Below are positions 1-9,348 of a stretch of 64,000 nt of DNA, piece by piece. A program made the position numbers and the translations under genes. A model generated the notes under the pieces. It was not told the DNA's origin and searched no databases. It saw only the letters and a program-made list of their open reading frames with translations. Source of the DNA: an uncultured delta proteobacterium (GTDB lineage: Bacteria > Myxococcota > UBA727 > VGSZ01); contig CAVZJB010000013.1 of NCBI GenBank assembly GCA_963775425.1, positions 257,592-321,591 of the forward strand, given 5' to 3'. The first letter of the stretch is position 1. Each line of letters starts with the position of its first letter.

Positions 1-962
1 ACCAGCTCCTCGGGCCGCTGCCGAGCTTCGAGCACGACGGCGTCACCGTGGGCGCCGTCGCCGTCGCCGGGCGGGCGACGCCGCCGCAGCACGCGACCTT
101 CGTGAGCGTGCACGAATTCGGTCACCTGCTCGGCTGGTGCGACCTGTACAACGAGAGCGGCACCACCGCGGACATGCCCTACACGCTGATGGGCGGCTGG
201 TACTACCAGGATCCGGGCTCGCTGCCCGACGGCTTCTCGCGCATGGCGGCGGGCTTCGCGCACGTGGTGCAGGTGGCGAAGTCGGGGACGTTCGACATCG
301 CGCCGGCCGACCTCGAGGGCACCGTGTTGAAGGTGGGCACCGGCGACGAGTTCTTCACGGTGGAATTGCGCCGAAAGACAGACGCCACCGACGGCGACAT
401 GAGCATCGACGCGGGCGTGGTGGTGGAGCGGGTGCGGCTGCAGAAGCGGCCGTCGCCGGACCGCGGGCAATACCTGAACACGCTGTCGAGCTGCGTGAAC
501 TGCACGGCGTTCGACACGTTCCTGAACATCGAGCAGCCCTCGCAGACCTTCGACCTCGAAGCGGGCCGGCCGCGCAACGACACGCGCGACATGTTTCAGG
601 CCGGCGACACCATCGCGCCCTCCGACGACACGGCGCCGCGCTCGCTGGCGCACGAGGTCTATTCCACCAACCGCTTCGACGGCACGCCCACGGGCGTGAC
701 CATCTCGGTGCTGGAGGCGGACGCGCAGCACGCGAAGATCGACGTGAGCCTCACCGACGAGGTGGCGGACCCGTGCGCGGAGATCGCGCCATACTGCGGC
801 GCGCTCACGTGCACGGACGGCGCGTGCGGCGCCAGGCCGAAGCCCGCGGTGACGCCGCCGCCGGACGTGCAGGGCTGCGGCTGCGCGTCGTCGTCGTCGC
901 CGGCGGACCTCGCGGGCCTCGTGGGGCTCCTCGGGCTCGCGCTCCGGCGGCGCCGCCGCTGA
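1..962 (+). CDS. M6-like (immune inhibitor A type) zinc metalloprotease with MYXO-CTERM-type tail, 5' partial
   Basis: HEFGHLLGWCDLY zinc motif, LMGGW Met-turn, C-terminal GCGC..hydrophobic helix..RRRRR; frame appears open from the window edge. Confidence 0.75.
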   Translation, partial: QLLGPLPSFEHDGVTVGAVAVAGRATPPQHATFVSVHEFGHLLGWCDLYNESGTTADMPYTLMGGWYYQDPGSLPDGFSRMAAGFAHVVQVAKSGTFDIAPADLEGTVLKVGTGDEFFTVELRRKTDATDGDMSIDAGVVVERVRLQKRPSPDRGQYLNTLSSCVNCTAFDTFLNIEQPSQTFDLEAGRPRNDTRDMFQAGDTIAPSDDTAPRSLAHEVYSTNRFDGTPTGVTISVLEADAQHAKIDVSLTDEVADPCAEIAPYCGALTCTDGACGARPKPAVTPPPDVQGCGCASSSSPADLAGLVGLLGLALRRRRR

Positions 963-1043
963 CCCGTCATTGGGCCGAGAGCCGAGCGACCGAGGCAAGC
1001 CGTCCCCGGGCGCACCGAAACCCCTCTGGGGGCGGAGGCGCAC

Positions 1044-2600
1044 ATGGGCATCGAACCTTCTGTCGTTGGGCGTAGACGCGATGTCCTGGGGCGTGGCCCC
1101 GTGGCGCGCGCGAGTGACAAGCCTGCGGCGCGCGCCGACGACGACGCTGCGGTGCGCGCAGATCCGGGCACCACGTCCCCGACGGCCGGGGCCTTCGAGC
1201 GCGGCAAGGCGGCGACCGCGGCGGCGCCCCTGCGCGCGCCCGCGATGCCCGGCAGCGGCGTCGACGCCCAGACGCTCGCCGGCCTCTACGGGGAGCCGGC
1301 GTCGTCGACGACGACGGCGCACCACGGGACGCGGAAGGACGGCGACGGCGGGCCGGGTGAGCCCGGGGCGGCCGCACGCGAGAAGCAGCGCGGCTGGAAG
1401 AAGCCGCCGCCGCCTGCGGTGACGCGCGGGCCGGCGGGGACCACCGTCAGCTTCGGCCGCGGCGACGACAACGTGCGCGTGCGACAGTTGAAGGACGGCG
1501 CGCTGTCCATCGACGAGTACAAGCCCGGCCAGCGCACCGACGGCACGAGCGGCAAGCCCTTCCGCTCGACGCACATCCCGGCGGCCGACGCGGGCAAGGT
1601 GCGCATCAACGGCAACGACGGCGACGACAACATCGACGTCGACGACAGCGTCACCCACGGCCTCGTCATCGACGGCGGCAACGGCAACGACCGCATCGTC
1701 GGCGGGAGCGGCGACGACACCCTCATCGGCGGCGCCGGCAACGACCACCTCGACGGCCGCGGCGGCGCCGACCGCCTCGACGGCGGCGACGGCGATGATC
1801 AGCTCTACGGCGGCGCCGGCAAGGACACGCTCCTCGGCGGCAACGGAAGCGACTGGCTCCACGGCGGCGCCGGCGACGACAAGCTCCTCGGCGGCGCCGG
1901 CGACGACCAGCTCTTCGGCGGCGACGGGAACGATCTGCTGCGCGGCGGCGACGGCAAGGACGTCCTCGCCGGCGGCAGCGGCGACGACGACGTCGACGGC
2001 GGCGCGGGCGCCGACAAGGTGTTGGTCGAGGGCAAGGACCGCGTGGCGGCGGACGCGGCGGACAAGACCGTGCAGATGACGGACCGGCCGAAGGACCTCG
2101 GCCGCGCCATCACCGTCCGCGGTGACGCGCGCTTCCGCGCGCGGATGGCGGCGGACCTGGACGCGCTGCGCTCGTTCCCCGAGGGCCGCGACCTGTTGAA
2201 GCGGCTCGACGCCAGCGGCAAGAAGGTCGACGTCACCGAGATCTACGAGAACGACTCGCAGATGGACTTCAACGGGCCCGGGGAGCGCAGGAGGAACGGC
2301 AAGCCCGCGCGCGGGGCGGACTCACGCGTGTTCATCCACGACGGCGCCGACGCCGATCCGAGCGGCCTGTCGCCGACGGCGGTGACGTTGGCGCACGAGC
2401 TCGCCCACTGCGTGGACGCGGCCACGGGGACCATGGCGCGCGGCAAGACGTGGAACACCGAGCCCGGCGTGCGCGACCGCGTGGAAAAGAGCGAGCTCGA
2501 CGCCACCGGCATCGCCTACCCCGGCCAGATCGCCCTCGGCCGCCCGTCGGAGAACGACGTGCGCCGCGCGCTGAACATCCCCATCCGCGAGTGGTACTGA
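1044..2600 (+). CDS. RTX Ca-binding repeat protein with C-terminal M91-like zinc metallopeptidase domain
   Basis: About 13 GGxGxDxL nonapeptides, then LAHELAH and [17 protein letters not shown]. Confidence 0.75.
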   Translation: MGIEPSVVGRRRDVLGRGPVARASDKPAARADDDAAVRADPGTTSPTAGAFERGKAATAAAPLRAPAMPGSGVDAQTLAGLYGEPASSTTTAHHGTRKDGDGGPGEPGAAAREKQRGWKKPPPPAVTRGPAGTTVSFGRGDDNVRVRQLKDGALSIDEYKPGQRTDGTSGKPFRSTHIPAADAGKVRINGNDGDDNIDVDDSVTHGLVIDGGNGNDRIVGGSGDDTLIGGAGNDHLDGRGGADRLDGGDGDDQLYGGAGKDTLLGGNGSDWLHGGAGDDKLLGGAGDDQLFGGDGNDLLRGGDGKDVLAGGSGDDDVDGGAGADKVLVEGKDRVAADAADKTVQMTDRPKDLGRAITVRGDARFRARMAADLDALRSFPEGRDLLKRLDASGKKVDVTEIYENDSQMDFNGPGERRRNGKPARGADSRVFIHDGADADPSGLSPTAVTLAHELAHCVDAATGTMARGKTWNTEPGVRDRVEKSELDATGIAYPGQIALGRPSENDVRRALNIPIREWY

Positions 2601-2607
2601 GGCGCGG

Positions 2608-4410
2608 TCAGGTGGCCGGGGGCAGGCCCTTGTCGCCCTTTTGGTGGAACCACTTGAGGAACGCCGCCTCCTGCTTGGTGAGCATGGCGCGATCCACGAG
2701 GCGCAGGTCGAGCGGCGAGAAGGTCAGCGGCTTCACGCGCATGAACGTGCGCGGCACGCCCTTGGGCGGGGTCTCTGTGTCGGCGACGAGCGTGACGAGG
2801 TTTTCGATGCGAACGCCGCCGATGTCCGGCAGGTACACGCCCGGTTCGATGGAGAACACCTGGCCCACCTCGAGGGGCACGCGGGCGCCGATGGCGACGC
2901 GCGGCGGGCTCTCGTGCACGTTGACGCCGACGCCGTGACCGGTGCCGTGGCCGTAGTCGAGGCCCGCCTGCCACAGGGGCTGGCGCACGAGCGCGTCGAG
3001 CTGCTCGCCGGTGGTGCCCACCGGGACGCGCGCGCACATGCCCGCGATGGCGCCCTTGAGCACCAGCGTGAACAGGCGCTTCTGCTCCGCCGTGGCCTTC
3101 ACGTGGGGCGCGCCGACGAGGAAGGTGCGGGTGAGGTCGGTGGCGAGGCCGCCCTCGTAGTAGGCGCCGGTGTCGAGGAGGAAGAGCTGGCCCTCCTCGA
3201 TGGGCGTCTGCGCGTCCGGGTGCGAGTAGTGGATGACGGCGCCGTTCTTTCCGGCGGCGCTGATCACCTGGAAGCTGAGGCCGAAGGCGCCGCTGCGCTT
3301 GAACAGCGCGGCGGTCTTGTCCGCCACCATGGCCTCGGTGATCTTCTCGCCGCGCGACACCGACGAGCACAGCCACGACTTCACCTTGCTGACGACGGCG
3401 TCGGCGCGCTCGAAGGCCGCCACCATGTGCGCGAGCTCCGCGGGCGTCTTCTGCGTGCGGGCGTGGGCGAACGGGCTCGACGCTTTGACAACCGTGCAAC
3501 CGAGGCCCTCCAGGGCAGAGCGCGTCGCTTCTGGAGTCATGGAAGCGTCGTAGCCGATGCGGAGCGGGCGACCCTTGGCCTCGCCCAGGGCGCGGATGGC
3601 CTCGGGGAGCTTGCCCTCGCCGACGAGGCGCACGCCGTCCTCGATGACGACGCCCTTCTTCAAGAAGCGCTCGTCGGCGGCGACCACGACCTCGTCGCGG
3701 GTGACCAGGGCCTGCCCGCGGAAGGTGGCCTGGTAGTCGAAGTGGAGCCCGCGCAGGTTGCTGATCCAGGCGATCTCGTCGAGCGCCGTGACCAGCAGGC
3801 CGTCGAGCTTCTCGCGCTCGAGCATCTCGTCGCCGAGCGCGAGGCGCTCCTTCACCGTGCGCCCCATGAGCGACGCCGCGATGGACCAGATGGGCGCCTT
3901 GCGCACGGGCGCGACGTCGCCGGAGGCCTTGCGCACCTCGTCGACGAGCGAGGGCGTGGTGGGCACGAGCTCGAGCCCGAGCTCCTTGGCCTTTGACTGC
4001 ACCGTCTCGAACAGGGTGGCCGGCACCCGATCGGTCTCGATGCCGATCTTGTGCACCCCCTGCGCCGGCAGCTCCTCGAAGAGCTTGAGCCAGCCCTGCT
4101 CGATGCTGGTGCCGAGGGGCACCGTGCGCGCCTCGAAGTCGCGCGCCTCCTGCGACGCTTGCAACGTGTAGCGGCCGTCGACGAAGAGGACGGCGCGGTC
4201 GCCGGTGACGACGGCGTCGCCCATGGATCCGGTGAAGCCCGTGATCCACACGCGCGCGCTCTCGTCCTCGGGGACGTACTCGTTCAGGTAGCGGTCGGTG
4301 GAGCGCACCACCACGGCGTCGAGGCCGCGCTCGCGCATCTTGGCGCGCAGCGACGCGAGGCGCTCGGCGATGGGGGCTTTGATCGGGGTGGTGGCGGAAG
4401 CGGGTTGCAT
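2608..4410 (-). CDS. Xaa-Pro aminopeptidase (M24 family)
   Basis: WITGFTGSMG N-domain, DTGAYY..TDLTRT, HGTGHGVG..VHE, SIEPGVY..GGVRIEN motifs. Confidence 0.93.
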   Translation of the reverse strand: MQPASATTPIKAPIAERLASLRAKMRERGLDAVVVRSTDRYLNEYVPEDESARVWITGFTGSMGDAVVTGDRAVLFVDGRYTLQASQEARDFEARTVPLGTSIEQGWLKLFEELPAQGVHKIGIETDRVPATLFETVQSKAKELGLELVPTTPSLVDEVRKASGDVAPVRKAPIWSIAASLMGRTVKERLALGDEMLEREKLDGLLVTALDEIAWISNLRGLHFDYQATFRGQALVTRDEVVVAADERFLKKGVVIEDGVRLVGEGKLPEAIRALGEAKGRPLRIGYDASMTPEATRSALEGLGCTVVKASSPFAHARTQKTPAELAHMVAAFERADAVVSKVKSWLCSSVSRGEKITEAMVADKTAALFKRSGAFGLSFQVISAAGKNGAVIHYSHPDAQTPIEEGQLFLLDTGAYYEGGLATDLTRTFLVGAPHVKATAEQKRLFTLVLKGAIAGMCARVPVGTTGEQLDALVRQPLWQAGLDYGHGTGHGVGVNVHESPPRVAIGARVPLEVGQVFSIEPGVYLPDIGGVRIENLVTLVADTETPPKGVPRTFMRVKPLTFSPLDLRLVDRAMLTKQEAAFLKWFHQKGDKGLPPAT

Positions 4411-4448
4411 GGCACAGTCTTGTAGCCACTCGAAGCACGAGGTGGAAC

Positions 4449-4874
4449 ATGAAGTTGCGCAACATCGTCGCCGTCTCGGCGCTGCTCCTGGGATGCGTCG
4501 CGTCGACGGCCTGCAAGCCCCCCGTCGACGGCGGCTGGGACGGCAACGCCGACTGCGGGAGCAACTCCTTCCCGCTCGACGCCATCTTGAACGAGGACAA
4601 CGCCGGCAACCTCGACGGCACCATCTTCATCCAGGGCCTGATCTTCAACACCATCGCCAAGGGCGTGATCGACAACGGCGAGCGCAGAGACGACGGCAGC
4701 TACCGCGGCGATCTCCAGACCGACAGCGATCCCACGCCCGAGTTCTCCTTCGACTTCGCCTACGACGGCGACGACGTCGACACCCTGCGCGGCCACGTGG
4801 ACACGCTCGACAACAACGGCCAGACCACCGATACCTGCAAGCTCAAGCTCGAGCGCGTCTCCGTCGCCGATTGA
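4449..4874 (+). CDS. putative lipoprotein, hypothetical
   Basis: Signal peptide with Cys (STAC), good coding bias, GAGG RBS. Confidence 0.65.
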   Translation: MKLRNIVAVSALLLGCVASTACKPPVDGGWDGNADCGSNSFPLDAILNEDNAGNLDGTIFIQGLIFNTIAKGVIDNGERRDDGSYRGDLQTDSDPTPEFSFDFAYDGDDVDTLRGHVDTLDNNGQTTDTCKLKLERVSVAD

Positions 4875-4890
4875 GCGATCCCCGCCTGAC

Positions 4891-5205
4891 GGTCGTCGAC
4901 GTACCCGACGGCGCGCGTCGGTGGCGGCGCGGTCGCCGACGTACCCGACAACGCGCGTCGGTGGCGGCACGGTCGTCGACGTACCCGACGACGCCCATCG
5001 GCGGCGGCGCGGTCGTCGACGTCCCCGACGACACGCGTCGGTGGCGGCGCGGTCGTCGACGTACCCGACGGCGCGCGTCGGTGGCGGCGCGGTCGTCGAC
5101 GTCCCCGACGACACGCGTCGGTGGCGGCGCGGTCGTCGACGTACCCGACGACGCGCGTCGGTGGCGGCGCGGTCGTCGACGTACCCGGCGACGTCGGTGG
5201 CGGCA
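4891..5205. repeat. 40-bp tandem repeat array (7 full units plus a partial), consensus GGTCGTCGACGTACCCGACGACGCGCGTCGGTGGCGGCGC
   Basis: Exact 40-nt period from 4891 to 5170, few substitutions, no spacers; lies between convergent genes. Confidence 0.95.
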
Positions 5206-5224
5206 CCGTCATCGCCGACGGCAC

Positions 5225-5248
5225 GTAGGGCGCCCCCTTGTGGGGCGC
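5225..5248 (+). repeat. REP type 2 (GTAG-GGCGCCCCCTTGTGGGGCGC)
   Basis: GTAG foot plus imperfect palindrome; also at 18494-18517(-) and 54815-54838. Confidence 0.85.
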
Positions 5249-5264
5249 GTCGGCGGCGGCGCGG

Positions 5265-6188
5265 TCAGAGGCCGTCGATGAACTGCTCGACGTCGGTGAA
5301 GTACGCGTCGCCGAGGACGGTCGGGACGTCCTGGCCGCCGTTGCCGTGGCCGGCGCCGTTCACCTTGATGAGCTGCTTGGGCTCGTTGGCGGCGTCGAAC
5401 ACGAGCTTGCCCACCTCGAAGCGCACGAAGTCGTCGGCGGAGCCGTGCATCTGCAACAGCGGCGCGTGGATCTTCGGCATGCGCGCGATGTCGTCCCAGG
5501 CGCCGTTCGAGAAGAACGGCTGCGGGATGTCCGCGAAGGTGGAGTCGTCGCCGAACGCCTGCGCCGACGGCCACGGCGACTCGAGGATGAGCCCGTCGGG
5601 CTGCTGGTACACGCCCATCTCCACGGCCGCGAGCGCGCCGGCGGAGTAGCCGTAGTAGACGATCAGCGGGTCGACGACACCGGCGTCCTGCATGGCGGCG
5701 TCGAGCGCGTCGCGCGTCTTGTGCACGTCGTCGTCGAAGACGGCCTCGTCCGAGGGCTCGTCCGCGGTGGAGGACTTGCCGAAGCCGCGGTAGTCGATGG
5801 CGTAGATGTTGACGCCGGTCTTGTACAAAAGGCCCACGCGGTTCAGGTAGTGCTCGAGGCCGCCGAAGTTGCCGTGCGCGTACACGACGACGACCCCGGG
5901 GCGCTCACCGTTGCTCGTGATGAAATATGTGTCGAGCGTCTGCTTGCCCGAGATGGCCACGGGGATCTGCGTGACGGCGTCGGCGGGGATGTCGAAGGCG
6001 GTGAAGTCGTAGGGCTCGTCGCAGGTGGAGCACACGTGGCTGTCGGTGCAGTCGCTGCTCTTCTTGTCGACGATGGAGCAGTGGCGCGGGTTCCACACGA
6101 AGCTGTCGAGGCTGAAGCAGCCCCCGAGCGCGCACGCGCACGCGGCGACGGCGACGAAGGCGGCGACCAGGACGACGCGCGGGCTCAT
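5265..6188 (-). CDS. alpha/beta hydrolase lipoprotein
   Basis: HGNFG, DYRGFGKS, GYSAG nucleophile elbow, HGSADD, GAGH; start refined to MSPRV. Confidence 0.85.
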   Translation of the reverse strand: MSPRVVLVAAFVAVAACACALGGCFSLDSFVWNPRHCSIVDKKSSDCTDSHVCSTCDEPYDFTAFDIPADAVTQIPVAISGKQTLDTYFITSNGERPGVVVVYAHGNFGGLEHYLNRVGLLYKTGVNIYAIDYRGFGKSSTADEPSDEAVFDDDVHKTRDALDAAMQDAGVVDPLIVYYGYSAGALAAVEMGVYQQPDGLILESPWPSAQAFGDDSTFADIPQPFFSNGAWDDIARMPKIHAPLLQMHGSADDFVRFEVGKLVFDAANEPKQLIKVNGAGHGNGGQDVPTVLGDAYFTDVEQFIDGL

Positions 6189-6922
6189 CGGGCACCTCCC
6201 TTCGCGGGGGCGCCGCCGAAGACGAAGGCCACGCCCGCGTTGATGACGATGGCCCCCTGATCGCCGGGTGCGATCCAGTTCACCACGGCGAAGCGCTGGT
6301 TGATGTACGGCGCGAGCCACTTGCCCTCGACCTGCACGCGCAGCCAGTCGAGGCCCGGATCGATCTGCACGCCCGCGAACGGCGCGAGGAAGAGCTTGCC
6401 GTCGTTGGCGACGGCGTAGAGCGTGCCGCCGCCGTAGAAGAGCTGGTCGCCGAAGACCTTCCAGCTCGCGGTGAGGTCGGTCTGCGACATGCCCCAGAAG
6501 TCGAGCGGCTTGTTGCCCGACAGGGCGTCGCCCTGAAGGACGTTGGTGAAGCCGTAGAGCTTCTCCGACACCGTCAGGGCGGGGCCGAACGGGTCGGGCT
6601 GGTCGTTGAGCTGGTAGGCCGCGCCGACGTGGGCGCCGAGGACGCCGAAGGCGAGCGGCAGCAGGTGCACGCCGTAGCCGACGTCGAAGTGGTGGGCGAC
6701 GCCGTGCCTGCCCTCGAGGGTGACGTGGGGCATCGGGATCTTGCCGACGCCGGGCACGTCGAGGAGCGGCCCGCCCACGGTGGCGGCCAGCGCGTGCTGC
6801 CCGGGCTCGAGCGGTCGCGCCTCGTTGAGCGTGGAGCAGCCGGCGCCGACGACGACGACGGCCGCGGCGAGCGTCACGCCGGCGAAGGCCCGGCGCGCGA
6901 GGGGGAAGAGCGCAGAGAGCAT
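6185..6922 (-). CDS. hypothetical lipoprotein, possibly outer-membrane beta-barrel
   Basis: VGAGC lipobox, amphipathic strands, overlaps the downstream start (translational coupling). Confidence 0.6.
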   Translation of the reverse strand: MLSALFPLARRAFAGVTLAAAVVVVGAGCSTLNEARPLEPGQHALAATVGGPLLDVPGVGKIPMPHVTLEGRHGVAHHFDVGYGVHLLPLAFGVLGAHVGAAYQLNDQPDPFGPALTVSEKLYGFTNVLQGDALSGNKPLDFWGMSQTDLTASWKVFGDQLFYGGGTLYAVANDGKLFLAPFAGVQIDPGLDWLRVQVEGKWLAPYINQRFAVVNWIAPGDQGAIVINAGVAFVFGGAPAKGGAR

Positions 6923-6963
6923 GCGCGCCGTTAGCGCCGGCGGAGGTTCGCTACAATCGCGGC

Positions 6964-7869
6964 GTGAGCGCAGCGCCCGTCCGCCCGACGCCCGAGAGCC
7001 CCGCCGGGGGCACACCGCCCGGGGACGACGAGCTGCTCGCCGCCGCCGTGGCGCTGTCGGGCGGGCGCGTCGCCGTCCTCACCGGCGCCGGCATCTCCAC
7101 CGAGTCCGGCATCCCCGACTACCGCGGCGCCGGCACCCGCGCCCGCGCGCGCCGGCCCATGCGCTTCTCCGAGTTCACGAGCGGCGACGACGCGCGCCGC
7201 CGCTACTGGGCGCGCGCCACCGCCGGCTGGCCGCGGGTGCGCGACGCCGTCCCGAACGCCGCCCACCGCGCGCTCGCCGAGCTCGAGGCGCGCGGCCGCG
7301 TCGCCGGCGTCATCACCCAGAACGTCGACGGCCTCCACGGCGCCGCCGGCTCCCGCCGCGTGGTGGAGCTGCACGGCGCGCTGCGCGACGTCGCGTGCCT
7401 CGCCTGCGGCGCCATCAGCGCGCGCGAAGACGTGCACGCGCGCCTGCTCGCGAGCAACCCGCGCTTCGCCGCGGCGCTGGCCCCCGACGGCGCGAGCCCC
7501 GACGGCGCGGGCCCCGACGGCGCGCGCCCCGACGGCGACGTCGAGCTCGCCGGCGCCGTCGTCGACGCCTTCGTCCCCGTCGGCTGCGCCGCGTGCGGCG
7601 GCGCGCTCAAGCCGCGCGTGGTGTTCTTCGGCGAGCGCGTCCCCGCCGCCGCCGTCGCCGAGGCGTGGCGGGTGCTCGACGAGGCCGCCGCGCTCCTCGT
7701 CGTGGGCTCGTCGCTCGAGGTGTTCTCCGGCCGGCGCTTCGTCGAGGAGGCCGCGCGGCGAAAGATGCCCGTGGTCATCGTCAACGCCACGGCCACGCGC
7801 GCCGACGCGCTCGCCACCGTGGTCGTGCGCGGGCGCGCCGGCGCGGTGCTGCCCGCGCTCGCGCGCTGA
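6964..7869 (+). CDS. NAD-dependent protein deacylase, SIR2 family
   Basis: GAGISTESGIPDYRG, TQNVDGLH, ELHG..CxxC..CxxC..KPRVVFFGE, GSSL. Confidence 0.95.
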   Translation: MSAAPVRPTPESPAGGTPPGDDELLAAAVALSGGRVAVLTGAGISTESGIPDYRGAGTRARARRPMRFSEFTSGDDARRRYWARATAGWPRVRDAVPNAAHRALAELEARGRVAGVITQNVDGLHGAAGSRRVVELHGALRDVACLACGAISAREDVHARLLASNPRFAAALAPDGASPDGAGPDGARPDGDVELAGAVVDAFVPVGCAACGGALKPRVVFFGERVPAAAVAEAWRVLDEAAALLVVGSSLEVFSGRRFVEEAARRKMPVVIVNATATRADALATVVVRGRAGAVLPALAR

Positions 7870-7933
7870 TCGAGCGCGGCCGCTCCCTCGGCCGCCCCCT
7901 CCGGCCGCCTCTTGGTCATCGCAGCGATCGCAA

Positions 7934-9262
7934 TCACGGACGGCAGTCGACGCCGAGGCGCGGGCCGACGGCCGCGCAGGCGTCGAGGACCTCGCCGCCG
8001 GAGAGGGCGCGGCCATAGACGAGCACCGCGGCGACGTCGCCGCGCAGGCGGCCGGACTCCGCGTGCGTGCTGCGGATCATGGTGCCGACCCCGAGGACGC
8101 TGATGGGGGCGGGGGCGGGCGGGACCGAGATGCTCTCTTCGACGTCGAGCGCGCCGTCGACGTAGATGCGGCGCACGGCCTGATCGTAGGTCACGGCGAT
8201 CTGGTGCCAATCGCCGTCGTCCACGGCGCGGCTGCCGACGAGCGGGTGGTTGAGGCTCGTCGGATCTTCCTCGAAGTCGGTGCCGGTGACGCCCCCCGCC
8301 GCGACGCCGAGCGCGTAGTTTTCGTCGAGCGGGGGCTGCTCCTGCTCGGCGGCGCCGCGCGTGACGAGCGGGACGATGTCGACGCCGGCGGAGCCGGTGG
8401 TGGTGGCGGAGCCGCCGTCGACGCGGGCGAACACGATCACCGAGAAGCGCGTGGCGCTCCCGATGGTGTCGAGGTCGACGCCGTCATCGGCGCCGTCGAA
8501 GGAGAGCCGCCACGGGTCGGCGGGCGTGCCGGCGCCGCACCAGCCCGAGCCGCCGGCGGCGCAGGCAGGGTCGTCGAAGCCGTGCAGCGCCCCGGGCGCG
8601 TGGGCGACGAGGTCGACCCACGCGGCGTCGTCGGGCGCGGCGCAGCCCGCGCCGGTGGGGCGGGCGGCGTCGAGGTGCACGAGGGCGCCGCTCGGCAGCG
8701 CGGGCTCGTCGACGCGCAGGGTCGGCGCGCTCGCGACGGCCGCGCCGTCGTAGGTCGCCTGGACGGCGGCGGCGCTCCCCGCGCCGGTGCCCGTGACGCT
8801 CGCGGTGTACGTGCCGTCGCCATGGTCGACGACGGGCCCGAAGGCGAGCGCGCTCGTCCCGCCGCCGCGCGCGAAGACGACGGCGGCGCCGCCGTGGTGG
8901 ACGGGCGCGCCGGCGGCGTCGCGCGCGTCGAGCGTGACGCTCGCGACATCGCAGACAAGCACCGAGGAGGCGGACAGCGTGACGACGGAGCGCGGCCCGT
9001 CGAGCGCGCCTTCGCCTTCGCCCTCGCCCTCGCCCTCGCCCTCCCCTTCCCCTTCGCCTTCGCCTTCGCCTTCGCCTTCGCCTTCGCCCTCGCCTTCGCC
9101 CTCGCCCTCGCCTTCGCCCGCCGCGACGCAGGCGCCGAGGGAGCACACGCCGAGCGCGCAGCGGTGGTCGCCGTCGCAGGCCTTGCCGAGCAGATCGACG
9201 TCCTGCACGCAGCCGGCGAGGCCGCTGATGAGGACGCCCAGGGCGAGCGTCGAGGCGCGCAC
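7934..9262 (-). CDS. lipoprotein with (GE)n linker, invasin-type Ig domain and LamG domain
   Basis: LAGC lipobox, VVDHGDGTYTA Ig motif, DDGDWHQIAVTYD..IYVDG LamG motif; GTG start at 9262. Confidence 0.75.
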   Translation of the reverse strand: MRASTLALGVLISGLAGCVQDVDLLGKACDGDHRCALGVCSLGACVAAGEGEGEGEGEGEGEGEGEGEGEGEGEGEGEGEGEGEGALDGPRSVVTLSASSVLVCDVASVTLDARDAAGAPVHHGGAAVVFARGGGTSALAFGPVVDHGDGTYTASVTGTGAGSAAAVQATYDGAAVASAPTLRVDEPALPSGALVHLDAARPTGAGCAAPDDAAWVDLVAHAPGALHGFDDPACAAGGSGWCGAGTPADPWRLSFDGADDGVDLDTIGSATRFSVIVFARVDGGSATTTGSAGVDIVPLVTRGAAEQEQPPLDENYALGVAAGGVTGTDFEEDPTSLNHPLVGSRAVDDGDWHQIAVTYDQAVRRIYVDGALDVEESISVPPAPAPISVLGVGTMIRSTHAESGRLRGDVAAVLVYGRALSGGEVLDACAAVGPRLGVDCRP

Positions 9263-9348
9263 GCCCCGAGGATACCGGGTCGAACGCGCGGCGTGGCGTC
9301 CCGGGTCGGGGCCACGCCGGGACGCGGCGCCGGAAGCACGCCGCGCCC

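Noticed and set aside
4891-5205. CRISPR array
   Set aside because: Units are contiguous with no unique spacers, and no cas genes are present.
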